Source: Alkalispirochaeta sp.
Lineage (GTDB): Bacteria > Spirochaetota > Spirochaetia > DSM-27196 > Alkalispirochaetaceae
Assembly (NCBI GenBank): GCA_965242725.1
Contig: CBDESZ010000012.1
Coordinates: 1 to 64,000 of the forward strand
DNA length: 64,000 nt
Reading direction: 5' to 3'
The first letter of the stretch is position 1. Every line of letters starts with the position of its first letter. The notes beneath the pieces were generated by a model, which saw only the letters and a list, made by a program, of their open reading frames with translations, did no database searches and was not told the DNA's origin. The translations under genes and the position numbers were made by a program. Shown one piece after another: positions 56,201 through 64,000 of this stretch.

Positions 56201-57506
56201 TCTCAGCGATCACGGCGGTGCGGTTGTAGCGATTGCCCGGGTCGGTGTATTCGTACCGTACCGGTGGGCGTCCGACAATCCCCTTTGACTTCAAACGTCC
56301 CAGCTCGTCGTAGACATATTGCCAGTCGGTTCCCCGGGGATCGGTGAACACGGTCCTTCGCTCATTGGGACTGAAATCGTAGGTGAACCGGTTGTACTGG
56401 CGGCCGTCGACATGGACCGTCACCAGACGGTCTTCCCCATCGTATGCGTACTGATAGACCTGTCCGGAGGGAGCCACCAACCGGTCAATCCTCCCCTCCT
56501 GATCGTAGAAATACTCCCGCACCTCGTCCTTCAGGCCGACCACCCGTTGAAGCCTTCCCAGCCCGTCATAGATGTAACGCACGTCCATGCCCAGGGGAGC
56601 GCCGACTCTAACGAGTTTGTCTCCCGTGTATTCAAAGATGTAATTCCTGCCGACGGCATCCTCGATTCGCGCAATACGACCTTCACCGTCATAGGTAAAT
56701 GACAACCCGTGTCCCGTCCGGTCCACAATCGACAGAAGGCGCCCTGCGGTGACCTCGTTCTCTTTCCAGCGTGCCCAGTACCCGGCGTAGGTGTACTCGA
56801 CGCCCTCTTTTGTCCGCTCGGTAAACGTTCCGTCAGGGTTACGAACAATTGTATTGGTGTTGAGCTCACTCCCTACCCACGCTCCGGCGGAGAGATCGGT
56901 ATCGATGAGGGGATCACCGCCGAATCCGTTTACGGGGATGTGCGGATTTGCTTCAAACATGTAGACGCTTGTCCACCCCTCTCCGTTGGTGACCTCAAGG
57001 GCGTAGTCCCACTTCATCGTGAGCCGTCGCTCAAAAGAGTGGCGCCACTTGGGACCCAGATCACCGCCGCCCTCCAGTTTGGTCGTATAGACGCGTTCCA
57101 GCGTAAAGGGATAACCGGGTCCGGGAATCTTTATGTCGGTGTAGTGGGCGATAAAATCACCGGTGTACGGGTATACGGGATCACCGGCAATCTCCGCACC
57201 CTCCGGCGCAGACGCACCGGTAGGAGGGGTGTCCGATTCAGCCGGCTCTTCCGGTGGATCACCCCGACGAAGCTCTTCCTTGGTAGGTGGGGGAGGATCG
57301 TCGCCACCTTCATCATCACAATTACCCCAGTAGGTACAATCTCGTTTATCTGGATCAATTTCGCTATAATTTGGATCTGCCGCAAGGGGCGCTATAACCA
57401 CAGAAATGGTTGCGAACGTGACAAAAGACCAGACCATCTGTCTCCGTCTTCTGTATCTGATAGACCTCGATTCGGTATTTTGTGAGGCAAAAAATCGAAA
57501 ATTCAT
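53214..57506 (-). CDS. Full-length Rhs/YD-repeat protein with signal peptide, DUF6531-like domain and Ala/Gly-rich hydrophobic CT
   Basis: Basic n-region, hydrophobic h-region and PLAA site; GDPVYPYTGDF..LERVY; many YD repeats; RHS core YHLDRLGSP..YFGARWYD..DPVNFVDMWGL. Confidence 0.95.
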   Translation of the reverse strand: MNFRFFASQNTESRSIRYRRRRQMVWSFVTFATISVVIAPLAADPNYSEIDPDKRDCTYWGNCDDEGGDDPPPPTKEELRRGDPPEEPAESDTPPTGASAPEGAEIAGDPVYPYTGDFIAHYTDIKIPGPGYPFTLERVYTTKLEGGGDLGPKWRHSFERRLTMKWDYALEVTNGEGWTSVYMFEANPHIPVNGFGGDPLIDTDLSAGAWVGSELNTNTIVRNPDGTFTERTKEGVEYTYAGYWARWKENEVTAGRLLSIVDRTGHGLSFTYDGEGRIARIEDAVGRNYIFEYTGDKLVRVGAPLGMDVRYIYDGLGRLQRVVGLKDEVREYFYDQEGRIDRLVAPSGQVYQYAYDGEDRLVTVHVDGRQYNRFTYDFSPNERRTVFTDPRGTDWQYVYDELGRLKSKGIVGRPPVRYEYTDPGNRYNRTAVIAETGRRWTFVYDERKNVVRSTGPDQVSRQYEWGEEYNQLRRVQIDGISGAWVYSYDERGNLTAAADPDERTRYYAGYGPLGLPHTVANGEGETTSLGYDQWGNLSVIDSPATGRTVMTYDAAGRLIAVRPTGERSTTYDWSPDSREVAVTDSAGETHLYRWDAAGHLVYYDQPGSGAHSWSYNPLGHLEFYTDATEAHYEWTVNLAGDVTAYNPPEAGVWQYTYHPNGQIRTETIPGRGSREYVYDPAGRIERVAGPEGTTNYHYDSAGRLDRVEEPGGIVSEYLEYDPRGYVRRMTDPENRVFQWNYNGSGLVASMVDAERRVEYVYDEAGRVKEKRDSVAGTVVYRRNSRGLLESVVYPDETVSFAYDAAGRLTVADDPDMRERFAYNEAGRLSAVTYEDIGKRILYGYDELGNLATMTTPEGEVITYERDPAGRPERFSAPHGIGAVLDWDDRGRLTRLDYANGTSAHLTYDPDNLLKTYSWNGPAGTLLDRSFAYYPDQRLKEMREAQYRWSYDYDEAGRLDDASYPSELTGNIRSWQDGQFPPGHAVGYGAIYTGVPEATHPGQGRADDQGPPGLGDPGGEARDNEITFPPLVERETWKYDDAANIERRTRDGSWDQFTYEGLNRLVKAGMIEYEYTRAGEVKEKRSPDGTTTLGWNSRGELVEARTADGVTVRYGYDAFGRMVSRTATPADGEIPPTAERSAYLWHERTLLAEYDVSEGGEASPYKEYFHVAGRLIAVKMYGFHGRREPGPDGFLHTKGGVMYYHLDRLGSPVAITDRHGEPVARYAWDAYGRAMAGIFEPYNSVGFTGHLYDQATGLTYFGARWYDAETGKFLSRDPIQDGWNWYAYVGGDPVNFVDMWGLEREPEALAVPGNSIERNPYADVRQMETLAAEQNQPREASKIEIEAATAAFGAAGTFASVGSALATSVVKAGVLAGASYAAAAASGAGAAAPFLVAAAGTAYLGYDLAEGSGLDRTRRAVNALIDRIQQW

Positions 57507-58879
57507 TCTCCCCCTCCAATCAAATACGGTGTCACGATGACAAACAGATCCGTCTCCAGGGTGCTGGTACGGTAGTTGGTAAAGAGCACCCCCAACAGGG
57601 GGATGTCGCCCAGGATGGGAATTCTGCCGCGATGACGGATCTCCCGTTTTTCCACCAGGCCGCCGATGACGATGGCCGTCCCCGATGCCACCCTGACCGT
57701 CGTCTCTACCTGGCGGCTGCTCGTTGTGGGATAGCCTTCCTTGGTTGTGCCGGTAATGGTGGTGACGTCGGTTACGATCTCTGTGGTGATCTCTCCGCCG
57801 CCGTTGTGGCGGGGGAGAATGGACAGCTCGATACCGCCGACAATGTCCTGCTTGGTCTGATAGGTCTGATCGCCCGAGGACTGAGTGACGATGATGGGAA
57901 AGCGCTCCTCCGTCTTCATGACCGCCGGAATGCCGTCGATCGTCGATACCCGGGGATTGGCGAGGATCTGCGCCTCCCCTTCCCCTTTCAGCATGTGCAG
58001 CGTTGCCCGCACCTCCACCGGAGAGCGCAGAAAGGTCTGCAGCGGCAGGGCGATCGCCTGGCCGTAATTGCTCTCCTCCTCCAGACCGATCGTGATGGAG
58101 TCACTCACTTCCAGCCCGAGCCGCGACGCGGCGTCGGTGTTGAGCTCCACCACCTGGGCGTCTATGAGTATCTGGTCCCCCGGGCGGTCCAGCCGGTCGA
58201 TGAGGTCACGGATATCCAGATAGCGCTCCATCCGCCGGTCAAGAATCAGTTGATTCCGCCGGGGCGCCACCTGTATCGCCCGGTCACCCCGGTCCACCAG
58301 CCGCCGCAGGATCGACGCGATCCCCTCGGCGTCACCGTACTGCAGCGTTACCGTGGCGTATCCGCCGTCGGCCTCTTCCGGAGGCACCCGGTCCTCGCCG
58401 GCCATATCCGCCGTCTGAAAGCGCATTGTCAGGATGCGTGCATCCGGTGATACCGAAACTACCTGAAAGGCCGGTTGGGTCAGCTCGATTTCCACAAACA
58501 GATCGCCCTTCGGCGGATCCCGGAAGAGCCGCGTCAGCACATCCGGCTCGTCCAGCTCCTCCGGAACGACCGTCACCGCACGGATCAGGGAGCTGCTTCC
58601 CTCGATCACGACGCCGTCGGGACCGGTCCGACCTGCACGGAGAAGAACGGTCATTTGCCGCTGTTCATCACCCCACCGTGTCTCGATTCCTTCCAGACGC
58701 TCACCGCTGATGCGTACCACGTTGTCCACGTATCGGATCGTCGAGATCACCGGACCATGGCGGAGACTCGGCCCGGTCTCGGCAAATACTCCCGCGGGAA
58801 GAACGAACAGGGAGAAAACGAACGAAAGGAGTATCAGACTCCTGGGGTATGGTGAGAAATGTATGCCACGAAGTATCAC
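57503..58879 (-). CDS. Type II/III secretion-family secretin (signal peptide, AMIN-like, N3, secretin domain)
   Basis: TLQYGDAEGI..RNQLIL (N3); LDRPGDQILIDAQVVE, ILANPRVSTIDG, IPILGDIPLLGVLF and FVIVTPYLI. Confidence 0.92.
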   Translation of the reverse strand: MILRGIHFSPYPRSLILLSFVFSLFVLPAGVFAETGPSLRHGPVISTIRYVDNVVRISGERLEGIETRWGDEQRQMTVLLRAGRTGPDGVVIEGSSSLIRAVTVVPEELDEPDVLTRLFRDPPKGDLFVEIELTQPAFQVVSVSPDARILTMRFQTADMAGEDRVPPEEADGGYATVTLQYGDAEGIASILRRLVDRGDRAIQVAPRRNQLILDRRMERYLDIRDLIDRLDRPGDQILIDAQVVELNTDAASRLGLEVSDSITIGLEEESNYGQAIALPLQTFLRSPVEVRATLHMLKGEGEAQILANPRVSTIDGIPAVMKTEERFPIIVTQSSGDQTYQTKQDIVGGIELSILPRHNGGGEITTEIVTDVTTITGTTKEGYPTTSSRQVETTVRVASGTAIVIGGLVEKREIRHRGRIPILGDIPLLGVLFTNYRTSTLETDLFVIVTPYLIGGGE

Positions 58880-58964
58880 AGTATTCCTACTTTCTGGTCT
58901 CCCGCCTCTCAGGCGGAAACCATCCGGTTGAGTACACGCCGGTACGTCCCATTACTGTGACTTT

Positions 58965-59047
58965 TGGTTATGAAGGAGATACTATCTCACTTCCTGCGGG
59001 TAATCCTGTTTTTCGACAGGATTCTTTTGAAACTCAGGGGAATATCA
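58965..59047. repeat. Right copy of the island-bounding direct repeat, with an internal hairpin insertion
   Basis: tggttatgaaggagatactatctcacttcc...[aatcctgt-ttttcg-acaggatt]...ttgaaactcaggggaatatca. Confidence 0.8.
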
Positions 59048-59087
59048 AACCATGGCCTTTGCGATAAAATGTCGTTATCCTGCCCCC

Positions 59088-59618
59088 ATGGATGCAAAAG
59101 TCGAAGTGAGCACAAACGAGACCGACTACCGTCATATGGAACGCTATCGCGTTCGCTATGACGACCTCGATACATTCCGCCACGTCAACAACAAAGCCTT
59201 TCTTAGCTACATCGAGGACGCCCGGGTGCGATACCTGCGGGACGCGGCGGCACTCCCCCTCGACGCGGAAACGCAGGTGAGCATGGTGATCGTCCATGCC
59301 TCCATAGACTACCGCGCCCAGGTCTTCCCCTTTGAGGAGGTCACCGTTCACACGCGGGCGGCGCGGATCGGAGAGAAGAGCGTCGCCCTGAACCACTTGA
59401 TTATTGCGGAGGCTATGGCACCGGATGACAGGGAGGCCGAATCCCCGGAACGCACCGGGGCAGCTCATCGCCCCGGACGGTCGGGCCGCCGGGTTGCCGC
59501 GACAAGCACCTCCGTCCTGGCGACTATAGACCTCACCACGGGTCGTTCCCGGGCCAACCTTCCGGAAATGGTGAGGGCGATTGAGGCGTGGGAGTCACAA
59601 GCCGGCGCCGGAGACTGA
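59088..59618 (+). CDS. Acyl-CoA thioesterase (4HBT/YbgC-FadM family)
   Basis: VRYDDLDTFRHVNNKAFLSYIEDAR hot-dog motif. Confidence 0.9.
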   Translation: MDAKVEVSTNETDYRHMERYRVRYDDLDTFRHVNNKAFLSYIEDARVRYLRDAAALPLDAETQVSMVIVHASIDYRAQVFPFEEVTVHTRAARIGEKSVALNHLIIAEAMAPDDREAESPERTGAAHRPGRSGRRVAATSTSVLATIDLTTGRSRANLPEMVRAIEAWESQAGAGD

Positions 59619-59675
59619 CAGACGGCCTCACTCAACGACATCGGGAAGCGGCACTCGGCGATCGATCGTAGCAAT

Positions 59676-59706
59676 AAAAAAAGGACGGCCATTCGGGCCG
59701 CCCTTT
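59676..59706 (-). terminator. Rho-independent terminator between convergent genes
   Basis: Minus strand AAGGGCGGCC-CGAAT-GGCCGTCCTT-TTTTT. Confidence 0.8.
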
Positions 59707-59773
59707 CCGATGTTGGTACATCTTATTGTTACATCTATTTTGTCACGCCCGTCCGCCGGACGCTAATTTTTAA

Positions 59774-60790
59774 TTAGAGCTGGAAGCGCGCTCCCACCGT
59801 ACCGCCAAGGGCACCGGAGTTGACATTATACATCACTCCCAGGTCGATCTTGAAGACCGTCAGATTGAGTTGGGCACCACCGAAGATCCGAAAGACGATG
59901 GGCTGCACTTCCGACTCCAGCACGACGCCGTCGTCGCTGATGTCCACACCCGCAGCGGATCCGATGTCGTCGGCGGACAGACCGTCGCCGTTTGAGTCAG
60001 CACCGCCGGTAACGGTCACATCGGTACTGAGTCCCGTGGTGGTCGTCGCCGTTCCCACCGAGGCGCCCACACCAAAGTGGGGCTCTACGATGAGAAATCC
60101 CTTACTCACCTGCGCCTTGAAGTCAAAGACGCTGGCCTCCCAGCCGAAGTCCAGATTGGGATCGGACATTACCAGGGTGTATGTCTGGCTGTTGTAATCG
60201 ACGCTGCCGATTTCCGTGTCACCAAGCCCCATGGGGGTGGAAATGAGCCCGCTCAGGTAATTGTATCCCACACCGACGGAGAGCTTGGGCAGGATCGGTC
60301 CGTCCAGGACGGCGTAGCGCACGTCAAAGCCGACATTTGTGTACTCAACATCGACGTCGCCCAGGGAGATCCCGGGAAGCACGCCGACCTTCACGCCCAC
60401 GTCAAAGGGAATGATGAATCCGCCGACCCGGGCGTCCACGGCGTAGCCCGGCATGGGCAGCCCGACACCGGAGATCTCGTCGATCCCGCCCGAGGCGTCC
60501 ACACCGAGTTCATCGACGAGGTCCGTAAAGACCGACGCGGGAATGGTGGTGACCCCCGTGGTCACGCCGACGCCGAAGTGCGGCGGAATTCCCAGAAGCT
60601 GGCCGATATATGCGTCCGACCAGTTCAGCCCGATGGTGGAGTTCATGGGCAGGGACGTGGCAAACTCCTCGGAAAAGGTCTCAAAACTGTCCTTGAATGT
60701 ATCCAGCGAAAACGTTTCCTGTGCCGTAAGAGGCGCGGCCCCAACCAGCACCGTCACGGCGATCATAATCAATATCTTTTTCACGTTCAT
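59774..60790 (-). CDS. Exported hypothetical protein, probable outer-membrane beta-barrel
   Basis: GAGGAGG RBS, signal peptide, alternating beta strands, C-terminal VGARFQL. Confidence 0.75.
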   Translation of the reverse strand: MNVKKILIMIAVTVLVGAAPLTAQETFSLDTFKDSFETFSEEFATSLPMNSTIGLNWSDAYIGQLLGIPPHFGVGVTTGVTTIPASVFTDLVDELGVDASGGIDEISGVGLPMPGYAVDARVGGFIIPFDVGVKVGVLPGISLGDVDVEYTNVGFDVRYAVLDGPILPKLSVGVGYNYLSGLISTPMGLGDTEIGSVDYNSQTYTLVMSDPNLDFGWEASVFDFKAQVSKGFLIVEPHFGVGASVGTATTTTGLSTDVTVTGGADSNGDGLSADDIGSAAGVDISDDGVVLESEVQPIVFRIFGGAQLNLTVFKIDLGVMYNVNSGALGGTVGARFQL

Positions 60791-61146
60791 CCTCCTCAAG
60801 CCTGAATGTACGACCCATTTTAGCACATTGTCACTATTTTTCCCGTTCTTGATTGAAAGAACCATCCGGTTCTGCCCGGTTCCGGACCGGTAGAGGCGGG
60901 AGGTACCTGAATCGGGAGGAGGGGGCGGGCGGCGCATGAGGGTTGTGCGCCGCCCGCCCCCCGCCCGTCACGGTGAACACGCTTCAACCCCCGCCGGTGA
61001 TAGGTTATACTTGAGGGTGAAGAAGGAGCCGCGGTGAGGCTTCGCCTTCGATATAAAATAGTTTCGCTGCCGCGCTGCGGTACCGGAAATAACAAAAATA
61101 TTCGGCCGGCGCCGTCTATTTTCGTAATCAATTGGAGAAAGTTGTG

Positions 61147-62175
61147 ATGGCAAAAATGTATACCCTGGGCAGGACGGATGTGAAGGTGACGCCCATCGGC
61201 CTCGGATGCTGGCAGTTTTCCCGGAGCAGGGGACTGGCGGGGCGCTACTGGCCGTCCATTGACCAGGAGACGGTGCGGGATATCGTGAAGGCGACGCTGG
61301 CGGGCGGGATCAACTGGTTTGACACCGCCGAGGTCTACGGGAACGGCGCGTCCGAGCGCTCTCTGGCGGAGGCGCTGCGTGCACTGGGCGTGGAGCACGA
61401 CCGGTACGTCCTTGCGGACAAGTGGTTTCCCGCCTTCCGCTTTGCCGGCTCCATTCACCGCACCTTTCCCGACCGTCAGCGCTCCCTGGACGGCATTTCC
61501 ATCGATCTGTACCAGATCCACCAGCCTTTCAGCTTTTCTTCGGTGGAACAGCAGGTGGCTCGCATGGGCGAGCTGGTCCGGCAGGGCCGCATTCGCGCCG
61601 TGGGGGTGAGCAATTTCAATGTGGAACGCATGCGCAAAGCCTACGCCCGCCTCACGGTGGAAGGACTACCCCTCGCAACCAACCAGATGCGCTACAGCCT
61701 CCTGGACCGGGAGATCGAGCGGGACGGCGTCCTGCAGGCCGCCCGAGAGCTGGGGGTTTCGATCATCGCCTATTCCCCTCTGGCGCAGGGCCTTTTGACG
61801 GGCAAGTTTCACGGTGACGTGGCCGGGCAGGCTGCGAGCGAGAGAAGCGACGGCGCCGGGGATAGCGGGGAGGCCGCGCCTGCGGCGCGCCCTTCGGCAC
61901 CGCGGAAGTGGCTCAAGCGCTTCAAGCGGGGGGGCCTGGAAGCGACGGCACCCCTCATCGCGGAGCTGCGCACCGTCGCTGAACGCCACGGCGCCACGCC
62001 GGCGCAGGTCGCCCTCGCATGGGTTATCCACCGTCATGGAGAGCGAATCGTCGCCATTCCCGGCGCCTCGTCGGTCTCACAGGCGGTTTCCAACGCCGCG
62101 GCCCTCAAGGTGACCTTGACGGCGGAAGAGCTGGACACCCTCGGAGACGCGGGACTGGAGGCGGAGAAGCGCTGA
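61147..62175 (+). CDS. Aldo/keto reductase
   Basis: GLGCWQ, FDTAEVYG, DLYQIH, GVSNF and AYSPLAQG motifs. Confidence 0.94.
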   Translation: MAKMYTLGRTDVKVTPIGLGCWQFSRSRGLAGRYWPSIDQETVRDIVKATLAGGINWFDTAEVYGNGASERSLAEALRALGVEHDRYVLADKWFPAFRFAGSIHRTFPDRQRSLDGISIDLYQIHQPFSFSSVEQQVARMGELVRQGRIRAVGVSNFNVERMRKAYARLTVEGLPLATNQMRYSLLDREIERDGVLQAARELGVSIIAYSPLAQGLLTGKFHGDVAGQAASERSDGAGDSGEAAPAARPSAPRKWLKRFKRGGLEATAPLIAELRTVAERHGATPAQVALAWVIHRHGERIVAIPGASSVSQAVSNAAALKVTLTAEELDTLGDAGLEAEKR

Positions 62176-62289
62176 AAGGGCTCGAGTAGGTCCGCTGCGC
62201 CGGACTCATTGCGCAGGCGGTACCGCGGATGAGCTCGGTCCGTTCGCCCTCCGACCAGGAAAGATAATCCTCGTAGCTTGACCCTTCCG

Positions 62290-62883
62290 TCAGAGATCCT
62301 CCGGCCGCACCGTCAGGCGCAGTCCGGCAAAAATCGATACCTCCGCGCCTTGACGGAGGTCCGCAACGGCCGGAAGACCGTACTGTCCGTCGTCCTTGAG
62401 GGTGTAGATAAAGACTTCGAAGGTGTCGGGATTGATGATCCAGTACTCCCCCACCTGCCGCATTTCGTAGAGTTTCCGTTTTTCAGTCTGGTCTTTCATC
62501 GCCGTCGCCGGAGAGAGCACCTCAATGATGAAATCAGGAGCACCACGCACTCCTTCCTTTACCAGTTTTGCCGGATCACACACGACAAATGCGTCCGGCT
62601 GGACCACCGTTTCCACATCGTCGATCGCCTCGTCTCCTCCGGTCAGAAAGACGTCCACGGGAGCGATGTGGGGTCGGCACGGTTTCCCCGTAAAAAATCG
62701 ATCCAGTTGGGCGGCGATCTGCATTAAAAAGGATTGATGTATCCGTCGCGGAGCAGGACTCATATTGTAGGCGACGCCGTCTATCAACTCCCAGCGCTCG
62801 TCCGCCGGCCACTCTCGGTAATCGCCGTATGTGTACCGCCCGGACCGTTGGACGGGATTTGTTCCGGGAACAACCTCACTCAT
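62290..62883 (-). CDS. Uma2 family endonuclease-like protein
   Basis: RWELIDG..MSPAP..HQ, VQPD, APDFIIEVLSP and EYWIINP motifs. Confidence 0.92.
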   Translation of the reverse strand: MSEVVPGTNPVQRSGRYTYGDYREWPADERWELIDGVAYNMSPAPRRIHQSFLMQIAAQLDRFFTGKPCRPHIAPVDVFLTGGDEAIDDVETVVQPDAFVVCDPAKLVKEGVRGAPDFIIEVLSPATAMKDQTEKRKLYEMRQVGEYWIINPDTFEVFIYTLKDDGQYGLPAVADLRQGAEVSIFAGLRLTVRPEDL

Positions 62884-63034
62884 ACGGATATTGTACACCC
62901 TCTGATCCGTTTCGTCCCGCGCACAACGCACTGCTTCTCCCGAGCGACACAAGGGAGGTCCTGCCCGCAATCGACGTGACCGGTGCATGGGCAGCCATGT
63001 TTTCTGTATACTCGACGGAAAGGGAGTAAAAAAC

Positions 63035-63463
63035 ATGGCCAGAAGAAAAGCGACATCCACCGGATCACCGGGAAGTCCGGCAGGCATCCTCCAGCTCGTC
63101 ACGGGGGTCTATCTCGTCATGCTGGGCATCTCCGAACTCATCGCCTACAACTCCGAGATCAACTCGCTGATAAGATCGGTGTCCCGGGCCTTCGGCGGCG
63201 GAGGGGACGTCATGACCATTGTCGTCGCCGTCCTGGAGATCCTCGCCGGTCTCTTCCTGCTGTGGGCGCTGGTCGGCAGCGTGCCGGCGCGGACCGTATT
63301 TCTCGGCGCGAAGGTGATCGCCCTCCTCTGGATCGTCCGGGTTGTGATCGTCCTCGTCTTGAACGACCCCTTGGAGCCCACCGGACTCGTCTGGGTAACC
63401 GAGCTCTGCGGCGCCCTCATCCCGGGACTCGGGATCTGGGTCGTGGCCAATCGGTATCGGTGA
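63035..63463 (+). CDS. Hypothetical 4-TM membrane protein
   Basis: GGGAG RBS; four hydrophobic segments. Confidence 0.7.
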   Translation: MARRKATSTGSPGSPAGILQLVTGVYLVMLGISELIAYNSEINSLIRSVSRAFGGGGDVMTIVVAVLEILAGLFLLWALVGSVPARTVFLGAKVIALLWIVRVVIVLVLNDPLEPTGLVWVTELCGALIPGLGIWVVANRYR

Positions 63464-63552
63464 CCGTGCGGGGCGGGGATAATACTTCCGCCATCCACAA
63501 TAACATTCGCAACAAAGCGAGGTGCTCTTTTTCGCGCTGGTAATTCCTACCG

Positions 63553-64000
63553 GTGCATACAACGATCGACACGATAGATATTGCGACGTTCCTCTCCGAC
63601 CCGGCGATGTACTACCGGTCGGTACACTACCATAAGGCGGGTCGGGTGCGGGCAATGTCCCTCACCGAGGCCGGGGTCGTCGCCGAGGTACGAGGTTCCG
63701 GCGGTCGCATGTATACGGTCGGTATCGCCTGTACCAACGGTCGGGTGGAAGCGCGCTGCACCTGCCCGTATCCGCGCAGGTGCAAACATATCGGTGCGGT
63801 GCTCCTGGAGCTCCAACAGAGAGACCCTTCGCCGCGCCCCGGGACCGCACGAGAAGTCGCGTTACCGGTTACCCTCATCGATCGACGGGAGCGCGCCCTC
63901 ACTGCGGGAAAACGGGTTCTCGCTGTCGTCCTCGCCGCCACGTCGTCTGGTTACCCGGGAGTCGAGATCGAACTGTACGTCACCGCGATGACACAATACA
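63553..64000 (+). CDS. SWIM zinc-finger protein (possibly the N-terminus of a SNF2-like helicase), truncated by the window end
   Basis: Manual translation gives VRGSGGRMYTV...ARCTCPYPRRCKHIGAVLL (CxC..CxH); frame open to 64000. Confidence 0.8.
   Translation, partial: MHTTIDTIDIATFLSDPAMYYRSVHYHKAGRVRAMSLTEAGVVAEVRGSGGRMYTVGIACTNGRVEARCTCPYPRRCKHIGAVLLELQQRDPSPRPGTAREVALPVTLIDRRERALTAGKRVLAVVLAATSSGYPGVEIELYVTAMTQY

Noticed and set aside
54699..56288. 529-aa plus-strand ORF and similar ORFs opposite the Rhs copies
   Set aside because: Antisense shadows of the Rhs coding frame.
40734..57506. Diversity-generating retroelement (TR/VR) explanation for the near-identical repeats
   Set aside because: No reverse transcriptase is present. 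Differences are mostly synonymous or block swaps and are not adenine-specific.
53214..58879. T6SS, complete T2SS or filamentous prophage
   Set aside because: No PAAR/VgrG/Hcp, no GspE/F or pilins, and no Zot or replication genes in the window.

Overview
GC-rich bacterial chromosome segment, most likely from a free-living spirochaete. The taxon is an inference from the Borrelia-like mevalonate operon, a spirochaete-type lipoprotein and outer-membrane protein, and an MCP. Bases 1-38.8 kb and 59-64 kb are mostly housekeeping: an OmpR-type two-component pair, MarR and MATE, tRNA-Ala(CGC), a co-directional pyp-pcl-M20-gpgS-ABC-SGNH cluster (photoactive yellow protein), galM, MCP, dusA, mnmA, a six-gene mevalonate operon, fbaA, an M16 peptidase, efp/epmA and a Ytr-like ABC operon. 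Bases 38.9-59.0 kb form an accessory island bounded by imperfect direct repeats. It encodes a lone AMIN-like/N3 secretin translationally coupled to a signal-peptide-bearing 1430-aa Rhs/YD protein, then four orphan Rhs-CT/immunity cassettes, an Rhs remnant and an AbiEi/AbiEii pair. All five C-terminal domains look envelope-directed (membrane-active or M23 peptidase), and all cognate immunity candidates are membrane or exported proteins. Three of the five orphan Rhs copies (two cassettes and the remnant) are preceded by a conserved non-Rhs ~68-bp leader. Many single-base indels, mostly in short homopolymers and dense at 36-42.6 kb, probably reflect sequencing error.
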